Shown piece by piece: positions 24,885 through 38,287 of a DNA stretch of 64,000 nt (position 1 is its first letter; every line of letters starts with the position of its first letter). The notes under the pieces are model-generated. The model worked only from the letters and a program-made list of their open reading frames with translations. It was not told where the DNA came from and searched no databases. Source of the stretch: Malacoraja senta (lineage: Eukaryota); assembly GCA_038087875.1 (NCBI GenBank), contig JAXLNO010000597.1:1-64000 (forward strand). Reading direction: 5' to 3'. A program made the translations under genes and the position numbers.

Positions 24885-25500
24885 TATTGATATTGACATT
24901 GGTTTATTATTGTCATGTGCACAAAGACACTACACAAACCTTTATTTGCATGCCGTCCGGCCAAATTATATCATACACAAACACACAGGTGGTGCAAGGA
25001 GGAAAATAACCAGTGTACTGAATAAAGCCTGAAGGTGTTACAGCTACAGAAAAAGTGCAGATTAAAATCAACTGCAAGGATTGGAATGTGGTAGAATGGA
25101 GTACACCCTTAGCTAATGAGAAGTCATTAGCTAAGGGTTTTCAGTACTCTGATAATGGTGGGGAAGAAGCTGTTCCTGAATCTGGTGCTACAGGCTTTCA
25201 AAGCTTTTGTTTGCTTTGCCAGTCAGGAGAGGGGAGACAAGAGAATGGCTGGGTTGTAAGTGGTCCTTGATCATGTTGGCTGCTTTCTCAAAGCAGAGTG
25301 AAGTGTCGAAGCCCATGATGGGGTGAGGGGAGAGGCTGGGTTATGTGATGGCCTGGGCTGCATCCATTACTCTATGCAATTTCTTCCAGTCTTGGGCAAA
25401 GTGGTTGCCAGATCTAGTTATAATATATTGGATAGGATTCTTTCTGTGGTACATCTGTCGAAGATGGTAAGAGCCATTGGAGACATGGCAAATGTCCTTA
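24885..25500 (-). mobile_element. Older Rex1/Babar-like LINE 3' fragment
   Basis: ggtttattattgtcatgtg tail, gaagaagctgttcctgaatctgg, gggctgcatcca blocks. Confidence 0.55.
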
Positions 25501-26479
25501 ATATTCTATTTTTAAACACCAACATCTATAATCCGAATATATTCCCAGTTTAAATACTGTGTGGGTTCAAGGAATTTACACTGGAGATCCTCTACTATGA
25601 TCACCTTGGTATTAACTTGTTTCTAATCACCTGTGCTTTGAAAATTAAAATATCCATCAATCCTATCAATTCCAGCCAAGTTACTTAGATTTTTCTTTTC
25701 TTGATTTTCACTTTGCTTATGACAACTCTATGGGTTTTTAGCACAAAAACAAGCAAGGACAGAAACTATCAAACAGCATCGTGCACAAGCAAGTCAAACA
25801 CAGGATCTGTAGCAATTGTGACAAGTTAATGTTTCAGGCAGTGGGTTCCATCAGATCCATGTTATACTTAATTTCACACTGCCCTGAGTTGCCGAGTGTT
25901 TCCAACCTCTTTGACTTTTGTTCACAATATTGATTTTTCAGTTTCTTCAGATTTCCAAGATGAACAAACATGAGCTTTTAGCCTAATTATTGAATGTCCG
26001 CAGGAGCACCTTCCATAATTGTCATAAATGTAGCAGTTCGAAAACAAAGTGAAAACTTGGCTAAATGTTATTTATTATAAGCTGGCGTTGTGCTATATTA
26101 TTTTCACAAAGGTGTGAAATTACAAAATGCTAGTGAAAAGAAAAACTGCCCTGTCAAAGTAAAACATCATGCTAGTAACTATCAAAAGTGTGTTCTGCAG
26201 GACCTTGGAGTTAATTTCCCATACAATGCAAACATGATTAAAGTACAATATACCAGAATTTATAGTTTTAATAAAGACAAAATCTATTACTATTTTGGCT
26301 AAAAGTAGAGCTTCAGATTTGTGTACATTCATTGTTAAATGCAGGAATTTAAATCTAATTAATGAATATCCTTTACAAGCAACTCAGTCTTCCAGGAAAC
26401 AAAAGCAAGAAGCTCACGTGAATTCTTTAGTTATATACATTGTTCTTTCTCTGAAAAACAAACCATCGAAGATCTTAAG

Positions 26480-27057
26480 CCCTGATGAAAAGATACAATT
26501 GGTTTGGCAACCTGAATACCCAAGAGCGAAGAAGACTGCAAAAAGCTGCGAGCCCATCACGGGTTCTGATCTCCCCACCATTGAAGGGATTTACCGGAGC
26601 CGCTGCCTCAATAAGGCAGCCAGCATCATCAGAGACACACAACACCCTGGCCACACACTCATCTCACCACTGCCATTGGGAAGAAGGTACAGGAGCCTGA
26701 AAACTGTAACGTCCAGGTTCAGGAACAGCTTCTTCCCTACAGCCATTAGGCTATCAAATGCTTCAACCTCAAATAAGCTCAGAACTACATAGACTATTAT
26801 TGTTATTATTGCACTATTATTGCTTGTTTTGTGTGTGTGTATGTACGTGTGTGTGCATGTGTCCATATATACATATCTATATAAATGATCTGTATATACG
26901 TGTATTTGTGAGTATGTGTATAAATACACACACTTCACTTTTTTTTCTCCTTAATGATATTGTTTACAGTGTACTATATTTACATATTCTGTTGTGCTGC
27001 TACGAGTAAGAATGGCATTGTTTTATCTTGGACATATGACAATAAAACACTCTTGAT
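26480..27057 (+). mobile_element. Rex1/Babar-like LINE 3' end
   Basis: ITGSDLPTIEGIYRSRCLNKAASIIRDTQHPGHTLISPLPLGRRYRSLKTVTSRFRNSFFPTAIRL; ends gacaataaaacactcttga. Confidence 0.75.
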
Positions 27058-27789
27058 TAAAATTATAACAATTTACTCACCAGTGAAAAATTCTCCAACC
27101 TTCAAAGCCCAATTACATTAAAATGCAATGCCTTCACCTCACAATAATGTGTAAATTCTATGATGTTTAAAATATATATTTTTCAAATACATTTTAAAGT
27201 TTATGAAGCCTTCCCGCTCAACCCATATATATTCCCCAGATCTTATTTCTTTACAGTAAAATTATTAAACAGTGAATTCTGCTCCGTGTTTGACTTCCGG
27301 ATTACTTCACAGTGAGAATGCCCCAGCTTCACTTGCCAATCCTTGGATAACATTGGTGTTACTGGAAGTTACTGAATATCTGTGGATGGTACCACTTCCA
27401 AAAATCACATTGGAAAAGAGGAGATTGATTTTTTACATTTCACATTTCACATTGCAGGCAACTTTTCTTGAGATCAATAAATGGTATCTCCTTGTCACTG
27501 ACTGAAAAAATAAAATCTCATAGATAAATCCAGAAAATATCCCAATCCAGTCCTTGTTTAATTTAAACAATTAAATTCTGGATCAAATTTGCAAAAGAGA
27601 GATTAGTTGGGGATGGTCATCTTGTTGGGGATCATAACATACGCCCCAAATGGACAATGGGAATTAAAGGAAAAAATATGCCTGGAGATTCAAGACATAT
27701 TTAAGTGTATAAAAGTAAACATATTTATTTTCAGAAATACCTTACTGCATATATCAGGTTTTGAAATATTGTTCATATTTTACACTTAA

Positions 27790-28341
27790 GGGCAGCATGG
27801 TGGTGCAGCAGTAGAGTTGCTGCCTTACAGCACCAGAGACCCGGGTTTCATCCTGACTACGGGTGCTGTCTGTACGGAGTTTGTATATTCTCCCTGTGAC
27901 CGTCTGGGGTTTTCTTTTTTCTTTTTTTATTATTATAATTTTTTTATTTATTAGAAGCAAGTGTACAAAAATATAACCAGCGGCATATGACATAATGCAG
28001 TTATTGTACAGCTTCAATTTTGATTTTAGCTACAGTTGAGATAAAAGAAGAGAGAAAAAGCAAAAGAGAGAAAAAGTGGAATGTGCAAGGATAGAATCCC
28101 TAGACTACCAAAGTGGTGGAGCCAAAGAGTGAGTAAGTAAAAGAAATAAGGAAGACACAGAGAAATAAAAAGACAAAAACCATCTGGGTTTTCTCTGCGT
28201 CCTCCCACATTCCAGAAACATACAGGTTTGTAGGTTGAATGGCTTCTGTAAAATTGTTACTTGTCCCTCATGTGTGTAGGATAGTGCTAGTGTATGGGGT
28301 GATTACTGGTCGGTGCGGACTCAGTAGACCCTGTTTCCACG
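27790..28341 (+). mobile_element. V-SINE split by a poly(A)-tailed insertion
   Basis: SINE head 27790-27914, body resumes at 28179. Confidence 0.8.
27915..28178 (-). mobile_element. Probable L1 3'UTR insertion
   Basis: T-rich start, ttattagaag shared with the L1 end at 54778; about 15-bp duplication accgtctggggttttc / accatctgggttttc. Confidence 0.6.
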
Positions 28342-28596
28342 CTGTACCTCTCAAGTCTAAAGTGCAACCACTACTTCTACACAGCAAATGTGTCCAATTC
28401 ATACATACGATTAATTCACAATTGGTATATTAAACAATAATGGCTGTAGGGAAGAATAATTCTATTTTTCCTTTGTACTGATATTCTGGAGATTTTATTT
28501 TCTTCACAGTAAACATTCTTCATCTCTTTTCCTTAAACTATCATCGTGCAAAATAAATGTTTCAATGCCATAATTTAAAAAAAATCAGGGTCAAAT

Positions 28597-28677
28597 AAGG
28601 GTCTTGACCTGAAACGTCATCTCTCCAGAGATGCTGCCTGTGTCGCTGAGTTACTCCAGCATTTTGTGTCTACCTTC
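28597..28677 (+). mobile_element. Short PLE-end derivative
   Basis: aagggtcttgacctgaaacgtc...ctccagcattttgtgtctacc. Confidence 0.7.
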
Positions 28678-28911
28678 AAATTCTAAAAGATACCTAATTG
28701 AAATATTTGAAAACTCTCTTTTTTAAATTTGCGAATAGAAATTAAGGTTCACTGGTAGTTTTTGATGTGCCTCCTGATAACGTGGATTTCTTTCAAAAGT
28801 TGGTCCGTAATATTCAGTCATGTCCACCATTCGATGTCTAATTATGTCACATCCAGATCAAGCACTGTTGCAAAATCATTGCCAGTAAGACTTTATTTGC
28901 AAGGAACCTTC

Positions 28912-29150
28912 GGACTTTAGAGATACAGCTCGGTAACACTCCCTTCGGCCCACTGAGTCTGTTTCGTCCAGCGATCACCCCGTACGTACGCCAACACTAT
29001 CCTACACACTGGGGGGAATTTACAACTTTATAAAATTATAAAATTTACAATTTTATCTAAGCCATTTAACCTACAAACCTATAGATCTTTGGAGTGTGGG
29101 GGGAACCCGGAACACAATGAGAAAACCCATGTGGTCACAGGAGAATGTAC
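28912..29150 (-). mobile_element. V-SINE, 5'-truncated
   Basis: Homologous to 18823-19132. Confidence 0.7.
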
Positions 29151-29772
29151 ACTCGACTTCGGTAAAATTGTTGGTAAGATTTTAGACTATTTTAAAGGAT
29201 TAGGTTTCTGAGAGCTTAGCTCATAATAAAATACGCCAAAGTCAGCATGGTTTTGTGAATAGGGTGATCTTGCCTGACATCACTAAATGCCAATTGTGCC
29301 TTGAATACACAGTTGTGCAATGTTTAGAAATAGAACTTTGAGATCACATTTTCCTTTACAAAATATTCCCTGATATGTTAAAGTGAGGTGACTTGTCAAG
29401 ATTACAACCACAGCTTTAAAAAAATGTCTGTTTACATTAGGTGAGCATTTTAAATTACAGCTGCCATGGTCTTCCTCAGCACCTTTAATGATGAATTCAT
29501 CAAAGGGACTCTTGGACAGGATAATGTTTTTTGCTTGGAATTCAACAGCACCCGATGCTTTGGAGTGTATTCTTACACCAGTACAGAGTGCATCGAAGAT
29601 GTCAGGTAAATCTGGCTTGGAGAAGAGGAAGAGACAGGATGAGGCAAAGGTGAGCTGCTGTCGATCAGTAATATGTGGAGACTATAATCGCTATTGAGGG
29701 TTCAGAAGGGTGGGGGAGAGGGTAGGTTTAGGTGGAGGTTACCAGTGGGGATGGTTTCGGTATCAGTGTTCA

Positions 29773-29996
29773 GTTTAGTTTAGTTTAGAGATACAGCGCA
29801 GAAACAGGCCCTTCGGCCCACCGAGTCCGCACTGACCAGCGATCCCTGCACATCAACACTATCCTACTCTAGGGATAATTTTTACATTATACCAAGCCAA
29901 TTAACCTACAAACCTGTACATCTTTGGAGTGTGGGAGGAAATCGAAGACCTTGGAGAAAACCTAGGCGGTCATAGGGGAGAACGTACAAACTCCAC
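29773..29996 (-). mobile_element. V-SINE, 5'-truncated
   Basis: (GTTTA)n, gaaacaggcccttcggccca, tttggagtgtgggaggaa. Confidence 0.8.
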
Positions 29997-30529
29997 ATAA
30001 GTGGTGCTATGGGCAGTTTTCAGAGAGGTTGCACTTAAAATGCATGTCTAATGTTAGCCTCCCACTGCAATCTGTCGTATATATAAAATCCAAGATTAAT
30101 TGTCCCTCTTAACTCTCTGGGAATGGATATTACTTTCTCAGCCATACTTGGATGCTTAAATATATAATTATCTCCTTCACCTTTAAGGCTTTCTTTTACT
30201 GTCATTTCACCTTTGTGCTTACAAAAGCCTTTGTGGTATGTTTGACTTTGGGAGATAGTGTGAAGCTGACAATATCAGATCAACCTACATCTCCACTGAT
30301 TTTCATTTCAATTGCTTTATTGGACTATTAATCCCGGGCACACATTTTACTGCCGCACAATAACAAATTACTCCTCAGTGCAGGTTATTTCTTTCATGTA
30401 TTGATTTATTCATATTACTCTTTGCTTCCCTTCTCTAATTTACCATCATCCTTTAACCACTGTTTTTACCATATGGAAACTGGAATTTGTAGTTTTCTTG
30501 CCTTTGAATCAAAAAGTTGTAGAGTCAAG

Positions 30530-30895
30530 TCTGGCTCAAGAGATTTAGACAAAAATGAAAACTAGACTTACTGGTGTAGAGAGAGTACAACACTTGAGCA
30601 GGTGCTATCTTTTGATAATTTTCAACAAAGGTTCTGCACATCCCCATCAGGAGATGCACTAGTTTCCTCAGCATTTACTTCAAAAGGTTCAGGCTAGTCA
30701 TTTCTGTTTTCCTGCCTATCTTTTAACCTTATATGAACATTAAAAAAAAAGATTATCTGATCATTTTGTTTGTGAAGGCTATATGTGCATAAAATGGCTG
30801 CTGCAATTTCAACGTCACAAGAATGATTCTATTTTAAAAATACTGGGGCAATGCTTGGGCTTGCTTGCGGCTATGAAAGATGCTATCAAATGTTA
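30530..30895 (+). mobile_element. Ancient Deu-domain SINE-like remnant
   Basis: gattatctgatcatt, gtgcataaaatggctgctgc, tgaaagatgctat; reverse homologue of 15650-15965. Confidence 0.45.
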
Positions 30896-31019
30896 TTTTT
30901 GCATGACTCCTTTTTAAACTTACTCATTGACTTAAATAATTCTACTTTGTCTTTAAAAATCATCTGATGACGTATTTGATTACTTGTTTATATGTGTGTG
31001 TGTTTGTATATATATATAA

Positions 31020-31116
31020 AAGGTAGACACAAAAAGCTGGGGTAACTCAACAGGTTAGACAGTATCTCTGGAGAAAAGGAATAGGTGACGTTTCAGATCA
31101 AGACCCTTCTTTAGAC
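31020..31116 (-). mobile_element. Short PLE-end derivative followed by (AT)n to 31160
   Basis: aggtagacacaaaaagctgg...gacgtttcagatcaagacccttctttagac. Confidence 0.7.
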
Positions 31117-31127
31117 ATATATATTTA

Positions 31128-31162
<35 letters not shown>

Positions 31163-32137
31163 TGAAATTATTGTTTTTGTTTATTGCAAATGACCATCAG
31201 ACCTTCTGTATAATGTCTGAATTATACCTAAAGCAAGTTGAAATGTACTAACTTTTGACAACTAAGTATGCAGTGCAGTATTTTAACATATCCTTGCACT
31301 ATCTTGCAAAAAAGTACCGTTGACCTGAACAAAAATGTTCTATGGAAGCAGAGTGTATCCTTTATAAGTTACTAAATCATGTGCTTAACACATGCAACCA
31401 AGGATTAATTTTGATTTCAATTGGATTGTGAAAATGGATTCATCAGCAACTTTCAGAGAGTTGAATAAATCCTTGAAGGGTAGAATGTCCAGACAATGGG
31501 AAAATGCATTGAGAGCTGGGAATAACAAGGCTGTTCTACTTAAGATCCTGTACATGGATAAGGGTCGGAATGCTTTCTTTTTGTGTAAAAGAGGTCTCAG
31601 CCCACCTAGACCGTGCTGACCATAAAGTAGCCATCTATACTAATCCTATTTATTTGCACTTGATCCATTAATTTATGGACTTTGACGGTTCAAGTGCTCA
31701 TCTATATACAAGTTATCTACCAGTTAAATGGTGGGAGTTGCAATTTCCTTGACATATCATTTGTTTCCTTTATTTTCATTATCAGTCTTAAATGTCCTTT
31801 GACATTCTGGATACTTTGGAGTTACTATCAATGCCTTTCACACTTCTGAGAATATTTTGTTCCCAAACATTTATTATCTTATTTTTAAATGATTCTCACA
31901 GTAGACCAAAGAGCAAGTAGCTACTCCTTAACTGTGTTTGTCAAATCCTGTTTAACGATATTGGAATCTGCCTCCCTGAGTTTAGGACCTTCATTTCCAG
32001 TCTATTTTTATCCCATTTCATGGACTTCTTGAAGCTTCTGGAATTATTGTCACTATCTCCAATCTGCTCCCCTACTTGTATCTCAATCTCAGTTACATGC
32101 TCGAAGATGAAGCCCAGTCCTGTCCCTTCTCTGGGTT

Positions 32138-32230
32138 ATAGACCCAAAATGCTGGAGTAACTCAGTGGGACAGGCAGCAACTCCAGATAGAAGGAATGGG
32201 CGATGTTTCGGTTCGGGACCCTTCTTCAGA
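32138..32230 (-). mobile_element. Short PLE-end derivative
   Basis: caaaatgctggagtaactcag...gtttcggttcgggacccttcttcag. Confidence 0.7.
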
Positions 32231-32490
32231 TTTCTCTAGGAGGATCTACGGGCTGAAAACAATCTCCTGGATGCGGTTTAAAAATTCCACCCATCTACAC
32301 CATTCCCCTTGAATCATTCCCAATTGATAATGGGAAATTGAAATTCCCTTCATACTATAATTCTATTATTCTTGCATTTCTCTGTGATATGTCTATATAT
32401 CTATTCCACTATCTCCATCTGACTATTAGGATCCTGTAATATACCTCCAGCAGAGTAATTAGCCCTGTTTCATAGAAACATAGAAATATA

Positions 32491-32721
32491 GAAAATAGGT
32501 GCAGGAGGAGGCCATTCGGCCCTTCGAGCCAACACCGCCATTCATTGTGATCATGGCTGATCGTCCCCAATCAATAACCCGTGCCTGCCTTCTCCCCATA
32601 TCCCTTGATTCCACTAGACCCTAGAGCTCTATCTAACTCTATCTTAAATCCATCCAGTGATTTGGCCTCTACTACCCTCTGGCAGGGAGGCCAAATCACT
32701 GGATGGGTTTAAGATAGAGTT
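32491..32721 (-). mobile_element. CR1 3' end with fold-back at its 5' truncation
   Basis: (CATAGAAA)n tail, ggccattcggcccttcgagcc; inverted repeat 32635-32669 / 32687-32721. Confidence 0.85.
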
Positions 32722-33283
32722 GAGCTTATTTCCACAGAAATATATCCCCTTATGATTCATTCATTAAAACAAGCCAATGATATAAGAATATTTTCATGAT
32801 GAAAGAGCTGAGGATGAATGAATACAAATACTTAGGTTACAAAGGTAAGCATTGTGACATAGAAATATGAAGTCCAATCACTTTGTTATTTAAATATTGA
32901 AAATTAACAGCATCTTATCCAATTTCAGTTTCAATAAATTGTCTTTGTATTGCTCCAACTTAAAATTGCATTAAAAAACATTTAAATCCCATAATGTACA
33001 CTGATAGGACATTAGTGATTGTTTTCATAATTTACCGCTATTTACTATAGGAGCAAAATTATCGACATTCAGCACCGATTATACAAAATACCTTTTTGAA
33101 TGTTTCAATAGCATTAATTGTTCATGAAAATAAGTTCTACAATATTGTCAGCATTTCCCTCTTGTAGTATGTACTTTTCTTTCAACACTCTTTTGTAGCT
33201 GCTGCAAACCTCAATATATTCATCAGGCAGCTATTATTGATTTTTGCACCAAACAAAAATGAATCCAACAAGACTACTAACAG

Positions 33284-33493
33284 AAGACAGACACAAAAAG
33301 CTGGAGTAACTCAGCAGGACAGGCAGTATCTCTGGAGAGAAGGAATGGGTGACGCTTCAGGTGGAGACCCTTCTTCTAAGACTCGACCTGAAACGTCACC
33401 CATTCCTTCTCTCCAGAGATGCTGCCCTGCTGAGTTACTCCAGCTTATTGTGTCTATCTTCAGTTTTAACCAGCATCTGGAGTTCCATCCTTC
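33284..33493. mobile_element. Palindromic PLE-end element
   Basis: Inverted arms around the hammerhead-like core; degenerate 16-bp TSD acaagactactaacag / acaagaatacaaatag. Confidence 0.8.
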
Positions 33494-33581
33494 ACAAGAA
33501 TACAAATAGTTCAGTTTACTTCAAGAAAATCTCTTGCCAGAAAATTTTCTCGCATTCTGTATATTTCCCAATTTCATATTG

Positions 33582-33999
33582 TGGGCTTGTCCCACAAAGG
33601 AGATTTTTCAGCAGACTGCCGGTGACTGGAACGGCATCTCTCAGAGTGGAACACACACACAAACACATCGCTTCCTTCACCAGCCTGTTACAACTTACGA
33701 GAACCTCCGAGAACCTTCGACCTCCAGGCAACCCATTAGGACCTCCTGGCGACCCACCTACGGCTCGAGAATTCTCACTACTCTCCATGGCGGCTTCATT
33801 CTAGTCGCCGCTAAGTTTTCAACATATTGAAAAATTCACGGCGACCATAATGAGGCCACGAACAGTTCTCAGAATGTGGGAACTCCTCACGACCATGAAG
33901 GCGACTCCCCGGCAACCACCCGCAAACATGTGGCGACCATGTGGCGACTGCATAGTCTCCAGCAGTGACCTAAAAAGTCACCTAAGTGGGACAGGTCCA
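33582..33999. mobile_element. PIF/Harbinger-like MITE copy 7
   Basis: TIRs tgggcttgtcccac / gtgggacaggtcca; flanks ttg/tta; palindrome ttttcaacatattgaaaa. Confidence 0.8.
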
Positions 34000-34490
34000 T
34001 TACCGTTCACAAACTGTTTCCCAAGAAAAGAGATATTTATTCCAAAATTCAAAGATATAACCGGACCTTTAATGTTTATTTGGGTACAAAATCTATATTC
34101 ATGTAACACAAAGCTGAGCTATTTACAACTGCTTCCATTACATCTATATAGTTTATACAACTTAATATAGTGTTGGATTTCTATCACATATTCTTCATTC
34201 ATATCTATACTTGATGTTGCTTTGCAAATTCATTGACTAGAACTCCATGCTGGGATGACGCAGCAAGTATTGAAGTATTGACCATGGCTGAATTCTTAAG
34301 CAAAGGTGTACAGCAGTGCATTAGTTCAGCAAATATAATTTGGAATTTTACATTTGTTTAGTATTATAAATTAATAATAACTATATGTAGAAATTGGGTA
34401 CAAAGTAGTAATTGAAAACTCTCATAATGTTTAACCTCCAGTTTCAAGCTTCTTATGGTGAAACATTTAAAAATTCTGATAATATAATCA

Positions 34491-34763
34491 TGTGGCGGGC
34501 CGAGCCACTATGGTTTTGAACTGTTGTTCGTCGAGCTCGAGCACTCGCGTGGACCTGCCGTGATCTGGGCCGAACAATCAACGCCGACCTCCATGAACAG
34601 CTGGCGGGGTGCAGCGGACAATGGAGCTAGTCTTCACTTCGCAGTCAACACATTAACACACACACCTTGCCCTTTTGTACTAATTGTTGAGCTGTATCAT
34701 TTAAATATTAAACTGAGTGTTTGTACAACACGTGAACCTTTTCAATCACTGCAATTTGACACA
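34491..34763 (+). mobile_element. Possible solo LTR
   Basis: CpG-rich 273-bp block with tgtggc...gacaca ends and ATTAAA near the 3' end; no matching TSD seen. Confidence 0.4.
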
Positions 34764-36350
34764 TAAGGAGGTGATTCAAATCATTGTAATTTAATGTGCT
34801 CAGTTTAAAGTTGCAGATTAGCTTATTAACAGTTCTTATAACACGAGCCAGCACTGTCATTAAGTAATGTTGATTGAAAATAGTTCATTCATGGAACTAA
34901 TTTTCCTATTTTTCTTCCTTGAGTATCCAGCTCATCTCATTTTTAAGTGACAATATCAACTAAAATTAAATAGTTACTTTTAACAGACGTGCCATATTCT
35001 AGTAACCACCCTATAGATAGATTTTACAGCCTATCCCCTAAAGCAATTTGAGCAAATAACAGCTATCTGCCTTTATGTTACCAATGTTGAATTAAAACAC
35101 TCCTGAGTTCTTTTAAAAATCCACTCTGCTCATTTTGCCTTTAAGCTATCCTGTGAAGCAAAACGTCGTCATAGCAATGTCAATGTAAGTTATTTCTTTC
35201 AATCAAGTTCAGTTCTTGTGAAAATTAACAACATACCACATAAAACATAGTAATTTTAAAAAAAAACTTTAAAAAATTATATGCACCACTGTTCTATGAA
35301 TTTAAAATTAAATATTTCATGATTAATTACTTTAATCAGTACACATCATTATTATTTTTAATGCATAGTTGAATCCTACAACCCCATACTCCGTTACATT
35401 ATCATGTCACTGAATGTTCTTAACTTCTTCTCTCATGACTTTGTGGTTCCATTTTCTCATTGGTATTCTTTCCTTGGCAAGATCGATCATCTGACAATAT
35501 CCAGCTCTACCTTATCACAACCTTTTTTGATCACTTTCATGTTTCTAAATTGTCAGATTACTCTTCTGGTGCAGTGCTGGTCGAGAAGGAATTTTCTCCA
35601 ACTCATAACTTTTCAAGATCAATACCTTGTCTTCTGGTGCCAAAACAATCTATTTTTCCTTGTCTCCATCACTCTCCTGCTGAAACTGAACTAGACTATT
35701 CACAACCTTGATATCATGCTTGACTCCAAGAAACAGAACCTACATCTCTTTATGGACATTATCACTACGCATTTCCACTTTCAACTCCATCTCATCTGTT
35801 GTTGGTTCCCTTTCGCAATTGAAAACTTCAACAAAAGCTATCAATAATACTGCAGCCTATCTCCCTGCTCGTATACTTTATCCATGGTAATCTTGTGTTT
35901 GCTGATCTATGTCGGTTCCGAGCTGAGCAATGTCTCAATGTTGATAACATCCTATCCAAATATTCTAATATTGTAAATCCCAACAACTCTGATACCATCA
36001 CCCCCCCCCCACCCCCCACCACCGCAAAGTCATCTGTAATCTCCCAATTCAAATCTGTTGTAAAAATAGATGAGCCAAAGTTGACCCTCAACCATTGTAT
36101 GTTTGCTCTTTTATTGATCAAGATCATGGCCGATCTTCTATGTCAGCGCTACTTTCATGCAGCATTTCCATATCCCCTGGTGCTCTGATGTTAAAAATCT
36201 ATCAACCTCTGTTTTGAATTAACACAATGATTGAGTATCCACAACCTTATGGGCCAGAAAATTCAAAAATCTCACCACTCTCTGAATGAAACAAAAATCG
36301 CATTCCAATAAGACTTTTCCAATCTCACACTAAAGCTATAACCTCTGGAC

Positions 36351-36577
36351 ATATAGGAAAGAACTGCAGATGCTGGTTTACTTTGAAGATGGACACAAAA
36401 AGCTGGAGTAACTCAGCGGGACAGGCAGCATCTCTGGAGAGAAGGAACGGGTGACATTTCGGGTCGAGAAGTCATCATTTCATCTGAAAAAGGGAATCGA
36501 ACCATAATGTCACCCATTCCTTCTATCTAGAGATGCTGCCTGTCCTGTTGAGTTAGTCGAGCATTTTGTGTATATCT
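36351..36577. mobile_element. Palindromic PLE-end element
   Basis: Inverted arms; 7-bp duplication tctggac (36344-36350 / 36578-36584). Confidence 0.8.
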
Positions 36578-36736
36578 TCTGGACCTTGATTCCATACGTA
36601 GGGGAAACATCTAATCTGTCAATCCTTTCAAGAATTTGGTCAATTTTAATGAGATCCTCTCATTCTTTCAAGCTGTCAAGGATATACTTCTAATATACTC
36701 ATTCCCTCCTCATACAACAAACCCGCCACCCCTGGA

Positions 36737-38010
36737 TCATCATCGCCGGTCACTCGAAATGAGTAAGACTGTCCTCTCCTCTCCATAGGGTCGTCCACTT
36801 GTGGGTCTGTAGAGGCCGATCCCCGATCCACACACCTTGCTGCATCATGGGCAGTGGAGACTGGCGGTGGTTGGTAGTCGTCGAGCCCCTTCTCTCTCTC
36901 GTTACGGTGCTGTCGCTTTGTCTCTGCGACACGGCATAGTTCCATTTCATGATGTGCAGCTCCTTCCTGCACGGATTTCCTCCAGGAGCGCCTGTCCAGT
37001 GCAATGTGCTCCCAGTTGCTCGATGTGATGTGGAATTTCTTCAGACGGTTCTTGATGTTGTTCTTGAAGCGTTTCTTTGGCCCGCCGGGGGCTCTCCGAC
37101 CTTCCTTCAGTTGAGAGTACAGGATTTGTTTAGGGAGACGTGTGTTGGACATGTGGATGACATGGCCAGTCCATCCAAGTTGGTGCTGCATTATTGTGGT
37201 GGTGATGCTGGTCATGTTGGCTTCCTCCAAAACGCTGATGTTGGTGCGTTTGTCCTCCCAGCTGATCCTCAGAATCTTTCGTAAGGATCTTTGATATTGT
37301 TTCTGGGCTCTCAGGTGCCTGCTGTAGATGGTCCATGACTCGGCTCCATACAACAGGGTGGAGAGGACAACGGCTCCGTAGACCAGCAGTTTTGTTTGAG
37401 CCTTTAGGTCTTGGTCTTCAAAGACTCTTTTCCTGAGTCTGGCGTAGGCTCCGCTGGCACAACTCAGGCGATGGTTGACCTCAGAGTCGATGTCAGCTTT
37501 TGAGGAAAGAATGCTGCCAAGATAAGGGAAGTGGTCAAGAGTGGTGTTGTCCGCTTTTATAGTGGGCTGCGTAGACGGCTGGTTGGGTGGAGGTTGATGT
37601 AGGACCTGGGTCTTCTTGATATTTAAGGCTAGGCCCATGGTTCTGTATGGCTTGGCAAAGGCATTCAGGATGCCCTGGTGGTCTTTTTCCTTATGTATCT
37701 AGCTAATCTCATTATAAGTGACAATATCAACTAAAATTAAATAGTGTGCTGCAATGGCGCAGTCGTCCCCGTACTGAAGCTCCATGATGGCGGTGTTACT
37801 GACTTTGCTCTAGGCCTTCAACCTATTAAGGTTGAAGAGCCCACCGTCAGTTCTGTAGAGGATTGGGATCCCCTATGGCAGCTCTTCACCAATGAGGTGA
37901 AGTATGGCAGCAATGAAGATGACAAACAGGGTGGGTGCGATGATGCATCCCTGTTTGACCCCCGTTTCCACAGTGAAGTGCTCGGACTCAGAGCCGCAGT
38001 TGCTGAGCAC
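36737..38010 (-). mobile_element. 5'-truncated RTE-clade LINE (RT domain and C-terminus)
   Basis: GVKQGCIIAPTLF, ELQYGDDC, GLALNIKKTQV, FPYLGS, LLYGAESW, RLPKQILYSQL; (GAT)n tail. Confidence 0.92.
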
Positions 38011-38112
38011 TCATGTAGAAGCCTCAATATTCTGATCTACTTGTCGTGACAACCGTAACTTGATAGAATGCTCCAAAGAACCTGGCAGCCTACCGAGTCA
38101 AAAGCCTTTGTC

Positions 38113-38287
38113 AGATAATCACAAAATGCTGGAGTAACTCAGCGGGTCAGGCGGCATCTCGGCAGAAAAGGAGTAGGTGATGTTTTGGGTCGAGACCGTT
38201 CAGAAGGATGCTGCCCAACCCGCTGAGTTACCCCTGCATTTTGTGTCTATCTTTGGTGTAAACCAGCATCTGCTGCTCCTTCCTACA
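38113..38287. mobile_element. Palindromic PLE-end element, internally deleted
   Basis: cacaaaatgctggagtaactcagcggg ... cccgctgagttacccctgcattttgtg. Confidence 0.75.

Noticed and set aside
35400..36090. Old L2-like LINE remnant
   Set aside because: Pyrimidine-rich and suggestive but too decayed to support from sequence alone
36676..37638. Functional 320-aa reverse transcriptase gene
   Set aside because: 5'-truncated RTE copy, broken by an insertion next to the catalytic motif, with a C-terminus that reads past the element end
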